Assembly: GCA_963675525.2 (NCBI GenBank) | Contig: CAXXSL010000002.1 | Span: 8,323 to 72,322, forward strand | Direction of reading: 5' to 3' | DNA: 64,000 nt | From: Anaerohalosphaeraceae bacterium | Lineage (GTDB): Bacteria > Planctomycetota > Phycisphaerae > Sedimentisphaerales > Anaerohalosphaeraceae | Part shown: positions 32,101 through 39,800 of the stretch, piece after piece | Numbering within the stretch: position 1 is the first letter of the stretch | Layout of the letters: each line of letters starts with the position of its first letter | Made by a program: the position numbers and the translations under genes | Notes under the pieces: generated by a model | Told to the model about the DNA's origin: nothing | Database searches by the model: none | The model's input: only the letters and a program-made list of their open reading frames with translations

Positions 32101-33708
32101 CTGAAGTTCTTCGAAGAAGACCGTTCCCCAGCCGATACCGTCCGGGCCGTAATCGGGCGAGCGGGTGTAAATATGTACACCGAGAAGTTGTTCGGTGTCC
32201 GACGTGTTTTTCACCGTTGCATAAAGCGTATTGTTTCCCTGTGCAACGGGCTCCAGTTCGGTGTTAATGACTTCGATATGGTTTAACGGGCTGGATAAAT
32301 CGCCGCCGTAATCCTTAAGTTTATCTTTTTTGCTGAATTCGACATGGCCGTCGGCGAAGACGACAGTGGTGCCGTCCTGTGTGTCCGGCAAGGTTTTGTC
32401 ATAGGCGACAGGTGTCGTGGCGGTTTCGGCCGGGGTGATGTTTTTTGGGGCGTCTAACAGGACAATATTTTCGGCAACCCAATCAAAGGTTTCCTCGTCC
32501 ATATAGGGTTTGAGGTCTTCAATATCACTGGGAGATTTACCTCCGTTCTCGTCTCTGAACAGGCAGTGAGCCAAACCCAGCTGTCGCAGGTTGCTCATGC
32601 GTTGCACGCGGCTATCGTCTACCGTTTTGTCAGCGGGTTCATTTGGTGTTTGTGCTGTAAATGCGACTGTGGAAATCAGTGCGATTATCAGTGCGAAAGT
32701 GACCACGGTGGGTATCCAGCCGGATTTTGGGTGTTGGGGGGTGCTTTTGTCGACGAGGCGGCTGATGCGGTGCGGCAGGTATCCGCCGTTTGCGGCGACG
32801 GCGAGGTCGTGTTGTTTGGTGCGGATGGCTTCCATGCTGAACAACGCTTTGGCGTATTCTTTGCGATTTTGCAGCAGTCCGATTGCGATGTCGTCGCAGG
32901 CGTTTTCGCGTTCGATGCGAATTTGTGTGGACATCCACCAGACGGCGGGGTGATAGAAGCCGAGAATCTCAATGACGGTCTGGGCGATATTGACGAGATA
33001 ATCGCATCGTTTGATATGCGCCAGTTCGTGAGCAATCATGGCCTTGAGCTGGATTTCGTCCAGTCCGGTCAGGGCTGTGGCGGGCAGTAAAATAACGGGT
33101 TTGAGCCAGCCGATGACAGCGGGAACCTGCACCAGCGCCGATTCGGCGATATGGACGGCCCGTTTGACGCCCAGCCGGGATGCCAGTTCAGATGTTTTTT
33201 CGATGACTGCGTCCGAAACGGCTTTTGTGCCAATCCGGCGGAGCCTTTGCAGTTGGCACCAGCCGCCGAGATACCAGAGGCTCAACGCCGCAACGCCGCC
33301 GATCCAGCCGATGACGCAAAAGGGCAGAGCCGCTTCGAGTTTGGCGGTGAAAGTGTCCAGCAGCGATTTTTCGGGTAATGCCGGTTCGTCATAAGAGATA
33401 ACGATGTTTTGTGTTTGGGCAGGCGGCGGAGTGGTTGAAACTGCCGGAATTTGAACAGGTGCGATTTCGCCGGCAGCGGCGGGGGTGTGATTGTCCAGCA
33501 TCATAAAAGTCACCACCGGGGCCAGAACCATCAGGCTAAGTCCGATGCAGGCGGTTAGGTAGCGTGTGTTTGATGATGTTTTGCTAAGTGTCTTCAGTGC
33601 GCACCCCATTAAGGCCATGATGACGCAGCCCTGCCAGAGGAAATGTACCAGTACCCAGCCGATGCGCTGGACGGTTTGTTCGGATAAAAATGCTGTGAGT
33701 GTGTCCAT
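29161..33708 (-). CDS. BlaR1/MecR1 (peptidase M56) sensor with H-X9-DG and secretin-like C-terminal modules
   Basis: LVHFLWQG, AHELAHIKRCD (HEXXH), YHPAVWW, ERENACD; then FADGHV, an NTF2-like segment and a secretin-like end. Confidence 0.9.
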   Translation of the reverse strand: MDTLTAFLSEQTVQRIGWVLVHFLWQGCVIMALMGCALKTLSKTSSNTRYLTACIGLSLMVLAPVVTFMMLDNHTPAAAGEIAPVQIPAVSTTPPPAQTQNIVISYDEPALPEKSLLDTFTAKLEAALPFCVIGWIGGVAALSLWYLGGWCQLQRLRRIGTKAVSDAVIEKTSELASRLGVKRAVHIAESALVQVPAVIGWLKPVILLPATALTGLDEIQLKAMIAHELAHIKRCDYLVNIAQTVIEILGFYHPAVWWMSTQIRIERENACDDIAIGLLQNRKEYAKALFSMEAIRTKQHDLAVAANGGYLPHRISRLVDKSTPQHPKSGWIPTVVTFALIIALISTVAFTAQTPNEPADKTVDDSRVQRMSNLRQLGLAHCLFRDENGGKSPSDIEDLKPYMDEETFDWVAENIVLLDAPKNITPAETATTPVAYDKTLPDTQDGTTVVFADGHVEFSKKDKLKDYGGDLSSPLNHIEVINTELEPVAQGNNTLYATVKNTSDTEQLLGVHIYTRSPDYGPDGIGWGTVFFEELQPGETKRVRFIYKIQGPVTENTYVRVKYYNPASEANYDYEQPFAERYFQQSYRGMILPKRQIPQTLHPVTTSQFEETSKTLTMIQDYIRNKQYADAWELFSEDYQKCEYQRRGFEAFEKQMEPTHPLDSGFVWEKEDFLKLKPLKAFTDNGTLKLQAACDNTQWTIDFVKEDNVWKINWIAGYRPAVIESTKNPPATAPAQSKNDTILLGPNGTGYFDRNATIQIGQLMINVDKRIEAINIGSDIVEINTDKTENKILLGPNGTGYFDRNATIQIGNAMIKVDQRIEVTNTGSGIIEIGSIKNQPNAINNDFKATLPNGITVELLGIAYIPADGGHWWSPDGSPVKDVFWDGTTKRYEEPLETRQMVFRINGLESAPDSDLAPLISINIHNDSSPPESWPEFFCVKKGEQNLCHLFGYSFTLHDEQPAVDIFATIGQGPWETLATKSAYWKPEYSIPVETKLGTVIINKPRGTWGKTSISATLLSHAREWRFVAVDRQGQVHMPKSLRWFSSSENKSPEHQICQAEFDLSLRKIDKFHFQTMPTQTVIFKNVSLYPGKKSDVKIEMTTPQVPSAPAAGSMGGFSSARGSSVPDDDSIQFPKNWDEIVQQRDENTANPGSADPNAMRTEIYDVADILSYPGQTKNPAEKLELLKQTIIQTIAWKSWFENGGEGKMDSYANSKLIIWQTPQVHETLRNYFSKLREDLFKYQIAIETRIMLVTDGIMENIGADASLSLDDNAGSVGSIVVGPANSEEILAALKSKPLPEKEMPLQKKQTLDDLQTKSMLRATQAYRNVKVLTAPKVCVLNGESATMRVFKDWPYIDIDGQEKNAGEGVALDILPIIQNDGKEVLLRGYIQYSDILENDPETPDDIPMMQVANIPIYAMVESSGTMLIEGPELTTEQKDGETVSKQKQRLLVFIKPTIIEQQEQEAPSIPVRGGMGGGFSGRGVGGGFGGGMGGYGGGVSYDQPPGTPKEEPNP
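31204..31485 (-). repeat. Intragenic tandem repeat, 150-bp (50 aa) period, two copies
   Basis: ILLGPNGTGYFDRNATIQIG occurs twice, starting at 31485 and 31335. Confidence 0.9.
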
Positions 33709-33710
33709 TG

Positions 33711-34091
33711 TTATTCCTCCATCTTATCTAATAATTGGCGGATTTTCTTTAACTCTTCCGGGGAGACCTGTTTGGCTGACAGTGCCTGCATGACCAGTTT
33801 TCCCGCGGAACCGGCAAACACCTTGTCGAGCATGTTGACAACAATTTGTTTTTGGGTCTTTTCTTCGCTGATAGCGGGCTTATAGATGTGCTTGAAGGGG
33901 GCGTCGTCCCGAATCAGCAGGCCCTTTTCGGTCATGATCTGCATGAATTTCAGCGTGGTGGTATAGCCGGTTTTCTGTTCTTTGGCGATTTCATCGTTGA
34001 CCTGGCGGACGGTGGCCGGTCCGCTGGCCCAGAGCACCTTCAGGATTGCCAGTTCTTTTTCGGTGGGGTATTGTTTTTTTTCCCGTGCCAT
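33711..34091 (-). CDS. BlaI/MecI/CopY-family repressor
   Basis: TEKELAILKVLW, ATVRQV, YTTTLKFMQIMTEKG, FAGSAGKLV; immediately upstream of the M56 gene. Confidence 0.95.
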   Translation of the reverse strand: MAREKKQYPTEKELAILKVLWASGPATVRQVNDEIAKEQKTGYTTTLKFMQIMTEKGLLIRDDAPFKHIYKPAISEEKTQKQIVVNMLDKVFAGSAGKLVMQALSAKQVSPEELKKIRQLLDKMEE

Positions 34092-34158
34092 TTTATCTCC
34101 TTTTAAAAGCCTGTTTCTGTTGTTATGACGGTTTTAAAGCTAAAACGTTACACGAAAT

Positions 34159-34235
34159 TACGAAGAGTTTCGTATAAATATAAAAATACGAAGCTCTTCG
34201 TAGGTTGTCAATAAAAAACTACGAATTTTTTCGTA
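34159..34235. promoter_or_regulatory. Three TACGAA-N4-TTCGTA operators overlapping the blaI promoter
   Basis: Palindromes at 34159-34174, 34187-34202 and 34220-34235; minus-strand TTGACA(34211-34206)-17-TATTTT. Confidence 0.85.
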
Positions 34236-34355
34236 TTTCTTTAAGGAAGGCGTATTCGGGGTAAGATTTTCTTTCCGGCGTTGGGTTTTAGTGGTAAAAT
34301 GCTGTTTATTGGCTTTATTGATAACTTATTGGGGCTGTTTTTAGGGAGTGATTCA

Positions 34356-36068
34356 ATGTTGAACATAATGACGTGTCGTGGGCGGGGTATTTGTTTTTGT
34401 TTGGCCGCGTTCCTAATACTGGCTGTTTCTCCGGCATGGGGGTATGAAGACCGCGGCCGGAATCGCCGGGAAAAGGAAGAAAATCCCCGCAAAGAACAAC
34501 TGCGGCAGGAAGCGCAGGAATCGGTTTCCGAAGTGAAAGAACTGCTGACTCAAATTTTGCAAGCGGTCAATAAAAATCAACCACCCCAGCAGGAGTTGAT
34601 TTCGCAGGCCGTGACAATGATTGAGGAAAATAAGCATTTTGTGTTGGCTTATGAGGACGACCAGAAGGCCCAATACATGCTGCTTCAGGCATGGACGGAT
34701 TATTATCAAGGCAATCTACTCGATGCGATGAACTGGTCGCTGCGTGCCTGTAAGATGGACGCATCCAACGGTGATGCGTGGATCAGTCAGGCGGTGTTCT
34801 GCCAGTTAAACGGTAAACGTCCACTTGAACCGCGCATTCGAAAACCCGATTCTCACCGGAATCAGGAAAATGGCGGGGACCGCCAGCCGCGTCGTCGTCG
34901 AGAAAATGAGGCGCCGGATAATGACCGCTATGCGTCTGCGTCTGAGCCGTATGGCCGCAAGGGTACGCTGGATTTTAATTTGTCGGCATTACGCAAAGAG
35001 ATGCTGAAGGAACGATTCGGCCGTATTGAATATCGTGACCCGGCCGGGAAAACGATCGAGTACAAGCCCGGTGGGGATACACTCTGTATTTTTTTCTGGC
35101 AGATCGAGCCGATTGCTGCTGACGCCAACGACCTACCCGGCAAGCCGGCAACCGGACGTTTGGTAAATGATAATGAAATGATGAATGGCAATATCATTCC
35201 ATTAAATAACTCGCAGAATTTGAGTCTCAGCAATCAGGGACGGTATTTTGGCGATATTTATGAGGTTATTAAAGACCATCCGCAAATTACCTGTTTCTCG
35301 CTGAACACCAATGGCCGCCAGGATGCTGAACAAGTAGCCACAGGCATGGACGAAACGGTTGCTCTTGAAATGATGCGCACACCGGGGGTTTATGCGTCCG
35401 ACCCGGCATCTGGTGCAGGTTCGTACGTGGGACTGGAGGCCCAAGTTCCGTTTGTGCTGATTGCGGACAAAGAAGGTATTGTCCGGTATGCCGGTCCGGC
35501 GGCAGATTTTATGCCGGCGTTTGTCCTGACACACCTCACAGGCGTCGAGATTTCCCTGAATGCGTCAGAGCAATCTCAAGCCCAAAGTCCTGTTCGCGAG
35601 ATGAGAGAGGATTTTGGAGAGATGAATGAACTGCTGCTTCGCAGGGTGATTCCAGAAAGAAATCCCAACAAGCCGACGATGGACCCCAATGTTCCCATCG
35701 CAGATCCGAACGTGCTGGTTTCAAAGCCGAAGGTCGCCCAGCCGGTTGTTGCCAAGCCCAAGCCGGCTGTCGAGACCAAACCGGCCGCTGCCAAGCCGAA
35801 ACCGGCACCGGAAGAAACCGTCCAGTATCGCCAGCTGCCGTTGGAAGAAGATGTTCAGGCTCAAAAGGAATTAGTGGGCGCCGATACCTTTATGCAACTG
35901 GCAAAGAAACGCGGCCTGACTTATAAGCGCGGCGTGGACATGTGCCGGGCGATCATCAAAAAGTATCCCGGGACCCAATATGAACACGAGGCCCGGGAGT
36001 TACTAAAACAGGTTCCGGAGCATAAGCGCGGCACCTATAACATTACCGATGAAGAATTAGGACTGTAA
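34356..36068 (+). CDS. Secreted hypothetical protein with TPR-like and thioredoxin-like regions and a Pro/Lys linker
   Basis: ATG 34356 after AGGGAG; signal peptide; AWTDYYQG helix; VPFVLIADKEGIVRYAG; AKPKPA repeats. Confidence 0.6.
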   Translation: MLNIMTCRGRGICFCLAAFLILAVSPAWGYEDRGRNRREKEENPRKEQLRQEAQESVSEVKELLTQILQAVNKNQPPQQELISQAVTMIEENKHFVLAYEDDQKAQYMLLQAWTDYYQGNLLDAMNWSLRACKMDASNGDAWISQAVFCQLNGKRPLEPRIRKPDSHRNQENGGDRQPRRRRENEAPDNDRYASASEPYGRKGTLDFNLSALRKEMLKERFGRIEYRDPAGKTIEYKPGGDTLCIFFWQIEPIAADANDLPGKPATGRLVNDNEMMNGNIIPLNNSQNLSLSNQGRYFGDIYEVIKDHPQITCFSLNTNGRQDAEQVATGMDETVALEMMRTPGVYASDPASGAGSYVGLEAQVPFVLIADKEGIVRYAGPAADFMPAFVLTHLTGVEISLNASEQSQAQSPVREMREDFGEMNELLLRRVIPERNPNKPTMDPNVPIADPNVLVSKPKVAQPVVAKPKPAVETKPAAAKPKPAPEETVQYRQLPLEEDVQAQKELVGADTFMQLAKKRGLTYKRGVDMCRAIIKKYPGTQYEHEARELLKQVPEHKRGTYNITDEELGL

Positions 36069-36091
36069 ATTTTCAACACGGAGGAAAAGAC

Positions 36092-36979
36092 ATGGAATTA
36101 TCATTGACGGTTGCGGATGTGCCGACGATTAATGTAACGGCCGAATGTTTGCCCGAGGCATGGGAAAAAGCGGTCATTGCCGTCTGGCGACAGGGACTTA
36201 CGATCAAGACCCAGTACGATAAACCCGACGATCCGCCCAGCAAGGACGCGACGGTGATGATCACGGTGGCCAATCCGTTCAATGAGCCGCGAATCCACAA
36301 GAATTTCCCCGGGGGCCCGGAAGAACTGGAGGCCTATCGTCAGGAAGTGGTGGGAGGTATCCATGACCACTGGATCGATCCGGCGGCAGGCAAATGGACG
36401 TATACCTATCATGAGCGGGTGTTCGCCTATTCGCCCGTCGAAGATCTGCGAAATCCCAACAGTCCCAAGCCGTTTATCCCGGTCGATCAAATTCAATATA
36501 TCATTGATTCGCTTTCGGCATGCAGTCATACCCGCCGGGCTCAGGCGATTACGTGGATGCCGAGTTGTGACCCGAAGACCGAAGACCCGCCGTGTCTGCA
36601 GCGCATCTGGTGCCGGCTGGTACAGGACGAAGCAGGGTGTGTGCTGAACATGAACACGCACTGGCGCAGCCGGGATCTGTACAAGGCGTGGTTTATGAAT
36701 GCGTATGCATTGACGGATCTGCAGAAGATGATTGCGGAGAAGATTTCACTGAACATCGAGGCACCCGTCAGAGTAGGACGGTATGTGGACATCAGTGATT
36801 CGCTCCATATTTACGGGTCGTATTTTGACAATGCGGAAATCGAGATCGCCAAAATGGAAAGTACGCCGTTTACAGATCGTGCCTGGGAATCGTCGCATCC
36901 GGCGTTTGATATGATGACGACTGAGGCCCGTGAAAAACTGGCACAGGACCCGGACTGGTATGCGAAGGCCAGGGGCTAA
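36092..36979 (+). CDS. thyA: Thymidylate synthase-family protein, archaeal type
   Basis: YTYHER, DQI, TRRAQAITW, DPPCLQ (catalytic Cys), RSRD, WFMN, SLHIY. Confidence 0.8.
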   Translation: MELSLTVADVPTINVTAECLPEAWEKAVIAVWRQGLTIKTQYDKPDDPPSKDATVMITVANPFNEPRIHKNFPGGPEELEAYRQEVVGGIHDHWIDPAAGKWTYTYHERVFAYSPVEDLRNPNSPKPFIPVDQIQYIIDSLSACSHTRRAQAITWMPSCDPKTEDPPCLQRIWCRLVQDEAGCVLNMNTHWRSRDLYKAWFMNAYALTDLQKMIAEKISLNIEAPVRVGRYVDISDSLHIYGSYFDNAEIEIAKMESTPFTDRAWESSHPAFDMMTTEAREKLAQDPDWYAKARG

Positions 36980-36986
36980 AAACAAA

Positions 36987-38225
36987 ATGTTAAACATCAA
37001 ATATCGAATATATAAGGCAATAACAATATGCCTGGTGTCGGGTCTTTTGCTCTATGGTTTCGGCTGTTCGGCGGAGACGTTTTATTATCGTATGGCCGCA
37101 CCGCCGGAGGGAGAAGGGGGCATTTCATTTTATCGCGGGCCGGCATCGGACGTGATGCTGGTTAATCTGCCGGAAGCGGAAGTTCGCAATGTGATCGTCT
37201 GTATCGGCGACGGCATGGGGTTTAATCATGTGGCCCTGACGCGCCACTCTGCCGGACCAGCCGCCAAACTCTGGATGGAATTGTGCCCTGTCAAAGGCCA
37301 GGTCACGACCTATTCGGCCAACAAGGATGTGACGGATTCGGCGGCGGCGGGCACGGCGATGGCCTGCGGGATTAAAACCGACAACGGCGTGATCGGAATG
37401 ACACCGGATGGAACGGAATACAGCAGCGTGCTGGAACTGCTGGCGATGAAAGGATGGCGCACGGGACTGGTGGCCACGTCCCAGATCAGTCATGCGACGC
37501 CTGCGTCGTTTGCATCGCACGTGGATTCGCGCGGCGAGCAGAAAGAAATTGCGGTTCAGCTATTTGAGAATCGGGTGGCTGTTCTTTTGGGCGGCGGACG
37601 GAAATACTGGAAGGACCAGACACTTGCCCAAGCGGCCGCTGACGGCTATCAAGTGATTGACACGCGCCAGCAGATGGCGGCACTGAAGACCGGGCCGGTG
37701 ATTGGCCTGTTCGCCGATGAGGGAATGACGACGTTTGAGCCGGAGCCGATGCTGGCGGAAATGTCACAAACGGCAATTCGCTTGTTAAGTTCTCCGGGCA
37801 AGGAATGGTTTGCTCCGAAGCCGAAGTTCTTTTTGATGATCGAAGGCAGCCAGATCGACTGGGCGGCGCACGCCAATGATACCGACCGTGTCGTTCGCCA
37901 GACGTTGCTGTTTGATATGGCGGTGCATGAGGCGCTCGAGTTTGCGCGGCGCGACGGGCATACGCTGGTACTGGTGACGGCCGACCACGAAACCGGCGGC
38001 CTGTCGTTCAGTGTTGACTCCGATACAGGCGAGTTCAAATCCCAATGGTCAACCGGAAAGCACACGGCGGCGAATGTACCGATCTTTGCTTTCGGCCCGG
38101 GTGCGGAAAAGTTCGCCGGGACGATGGACAACACCGCCATTCCGAAACGCATTGCTGAATTGACGGGCATCAATGAGTTTCCGGTTGTGAAAGATTCGGT
38201 CGAACAAAAAGCAACTGCAAAATAG
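36987..38225 (+). CDS. phoA: Alkaline phosphatase (PhoA family)
   Basis: IGDGMG, TDSAAAGTA, HATPA, EGSQIDWAAHAND, TADHETGG; start placed at 36987. Confidence 0.92.
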   Translation: MLNIKYRIYKAITICLVSGLLLYGFGCSAETFYYRMAAPPEGEGGISFYRGPASDVMLVNLPEAEVRNVIVCIGDGMGFNHVALTRHSAGPAAKLWMELCPVKGQVTTYSANKDVTDSAAAGTAMACGIKTDNGVIGMTPDGTEYSSVLELLAMKGWRTGLVATSQISHATPASFASHVDSRGEQKEIAVQLFENRVAVLLGGGRKYWKDQTLAQAAADGYQVIDTRQQMAALKTGPVIGLFADEGMTTFEPEPMLAEMSQTAIRLLSSPGKEWFAPKPKFFLMIEGSQIDWAAHANDTDRVVRQTLLFDMAVHEALEFARRDGHTLVLVTADHETGGLSFSVDSDTGEFKSQWSTGKHTAANVPIFAFGPGAEKFAGTMDNTAIPKRIAELTGINEFPVVKDSVEQKATAK

Positions 38226-38227
38226 CG

Positions 38228-39706
38228 TTACGTTTTTTTCCATACAACGATTACACAAAACATACAAAGCCCCAATCCCGGCCCGTGGCCGAAGCGGGCG
38301 AAGAGGGTTTTGTTTTTGCGGACAGGCACGTCGGTGATGATGAAGCCGGGGCCGGAGTTGTAATGGTCGAGTTTGGCGAGGATTTGGCCGCGGGGTGAAA
38401 TGATCGTGCTGATGCCGCAGGCGGCACCGCGGGCGATGGGGTAGTTGCCTTCGATGGCGCGGGCACGGACGGCCTGCAGATGGGCATTTTTAATGGTCCA
38501 CCAGTCGGCGGTTGGGCACAGGACAATATCCGCCTTGAGATTACCATAATAACGAGTCAGCTTGCTGAAGTTGTCGTCCTGGCAAATCATCGCCCCGATG
38601 GTTAAGCGGCCCACCTCGATGGTTTTTAAGTCACCGGTTCCCTTCCGCCCCGGTTCCAGGGGCGTCAGGTAAGTCTTGGTGTATTCGTGAATGATCTCGC
38701 CGCTTGGCGACATGAAGAAGACGCGGTTTTGGTCATCGGTGACATTGAAGTAACCGACGATGAGCCAGAGGTTGTTTGCTTTGGCGATATTCGCGAATGG
38801 TGCAATACGTTCATCCCATTCGTGTCCTGCGATGTAAAAACCCATCTCGCCGGTGGTGAAGATGCGAGCGCCCAGTGCGGCTGCTTGTCTTGCCGGTGCG
38901 GAAAACCATGCTTCGAATCCGTCCGGTTCGTTCGGATTCAGCTCGCTGGTGCGGTCGTCAAAAACCCAGCCCGCGGCGGCGACTTTTAACGTGTCGGCCG
39001 GTTTTTCAATCCAGATGATTGTATTGATGATCATAAAGACAAAGACAATAATAGCAATCGTTATGACAACTCGGGCGGCACTGTTTCCCGGCGAAGCCGG
39101 AAGCAGTGGTTTGCTGAAATTCTTCCATCGCTTCGAGCTTCGCTCGGAAACGATGCCACCCAATATAAACTTTGTTTGCATGACGTAAACGATTATATAC
39201 GCGGCCAATCCGGACAGTGTGCCGATAACCAACAAGATGCCGCTGATGCCGGTGATGGAAATAAACTGAATGACGAATGGGTAGGCGGTCCAGCTTCGGG
39301 CGAATGACTGTGCCAGTCCCCAGATGGGGATGGCGGTGTAATTGACCCAGTCGAGGATGACCCAGACGGCGCCGACGGCCAGCGGGCCGAAAATGGGATG
39401 TTTGGGAAGAAAATACGCGATTGCCATGCAAAGCAGTGTCAGCAAAAGTGTCATCCAAATCAGCAGGATAGCGGTTACGGGTACAGGCATCCGCAGATAT
39501 GCCATTTGTGGAATGGTGTAGGCGATGCCCATATAGAAGCCGCATAGCGCCGCCGGGCCGATGCGGCGGTCTTTGAGAACCAGCAGCATCAACGGCACAA
39601 GCGCAACCAGTTGCAAAAGGCACGCCGGCCCCCAAAACTGCCCGGCCGCCAGCAACAATCCTCCAACAACTCCGGCCAATCGATAACGATGTAAATTCAT
39701 CTTCAT
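38228..39706 (-). CDS. Apolipoprotein N-acyltransferase-like (nitrilase superfamily) membrane protein
   Basis: ATG 39706 after GAAAGGAGG; TM N-terminal half; E-K-C triad (TGE, YTKTYL, ICQD). Confidence 0.8.
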   Translation of the reverse strand: MKMNLHRYRLAGVVGGLLLAAGQFWGPACLLQLVALVPLMLLVLKDRRIGPAALCGFYMGIAYTIPQMAYLRMPVPVTAILLIWMTLLLTLLCMAIAYFLPKHPIFGPLAVGAVWVILDWVNYTAIPIWGLAQSFARSWTAYPFVIQFISITGISGILLVIGTLSGLAAYIIVYVMQTKFILGGIVSERSSKRWKNFSKPLLPASPGNSAARVVITIAIIVFVFMIINTIIWIEKPADTLKVAAAGWVFDDRTSELNPNEPDGFEAWFSAPARQAAALGARIFTTGEMGFYIAGHEWDERIAPFANIAKANNLWLIVGYFNVTDDQNRVFFMSPSGEIIHEYTKTYLTPLEPGRKGTGDLKTIEVGRLTIGAMICQDDNFSKLTRYYGNLKADIVLCPTADWWTIKNAHLQAVRARAIEGNYPIARGAACGISTIISPRGQILAKLDHYNSGPGFIITDVPVRKNKTLFARFGHGPGLGLCMFCVIVVWKKT

Positions 39707-39731
39707 GGCAACCTCCTTTCTGTTTCTCAAT

Positions 39732-39758
39732 ATCATTCCGAGCGAAGTCGAGGAATCT
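39732..39758. repeat. Half REP-like palindromic element
   Basis: ATCATTCCGAGCGAAGTCGAGGAATCT resembles the left arm of the element at 59679. Confidence 0.6.
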
Positions 39759-39800
39759 ATTTCAACAGTTATCGCCGAAGGCGATTCCTTAATTTGTTTT

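Noticed and set aside
29161..34091. Beta-lactam resistance locus
   Set aside because: No penicillin-binding sensor domain recognisable and no beta-lactamase or PBP gene nearby.
34159..34235. Three repeated palindromes as a mini-CRISPR
   Set aside because: Repeats are 16 bp with 12- and 17-bp gaps, there are no cas genes, and they overlap a promoter next to blaI.
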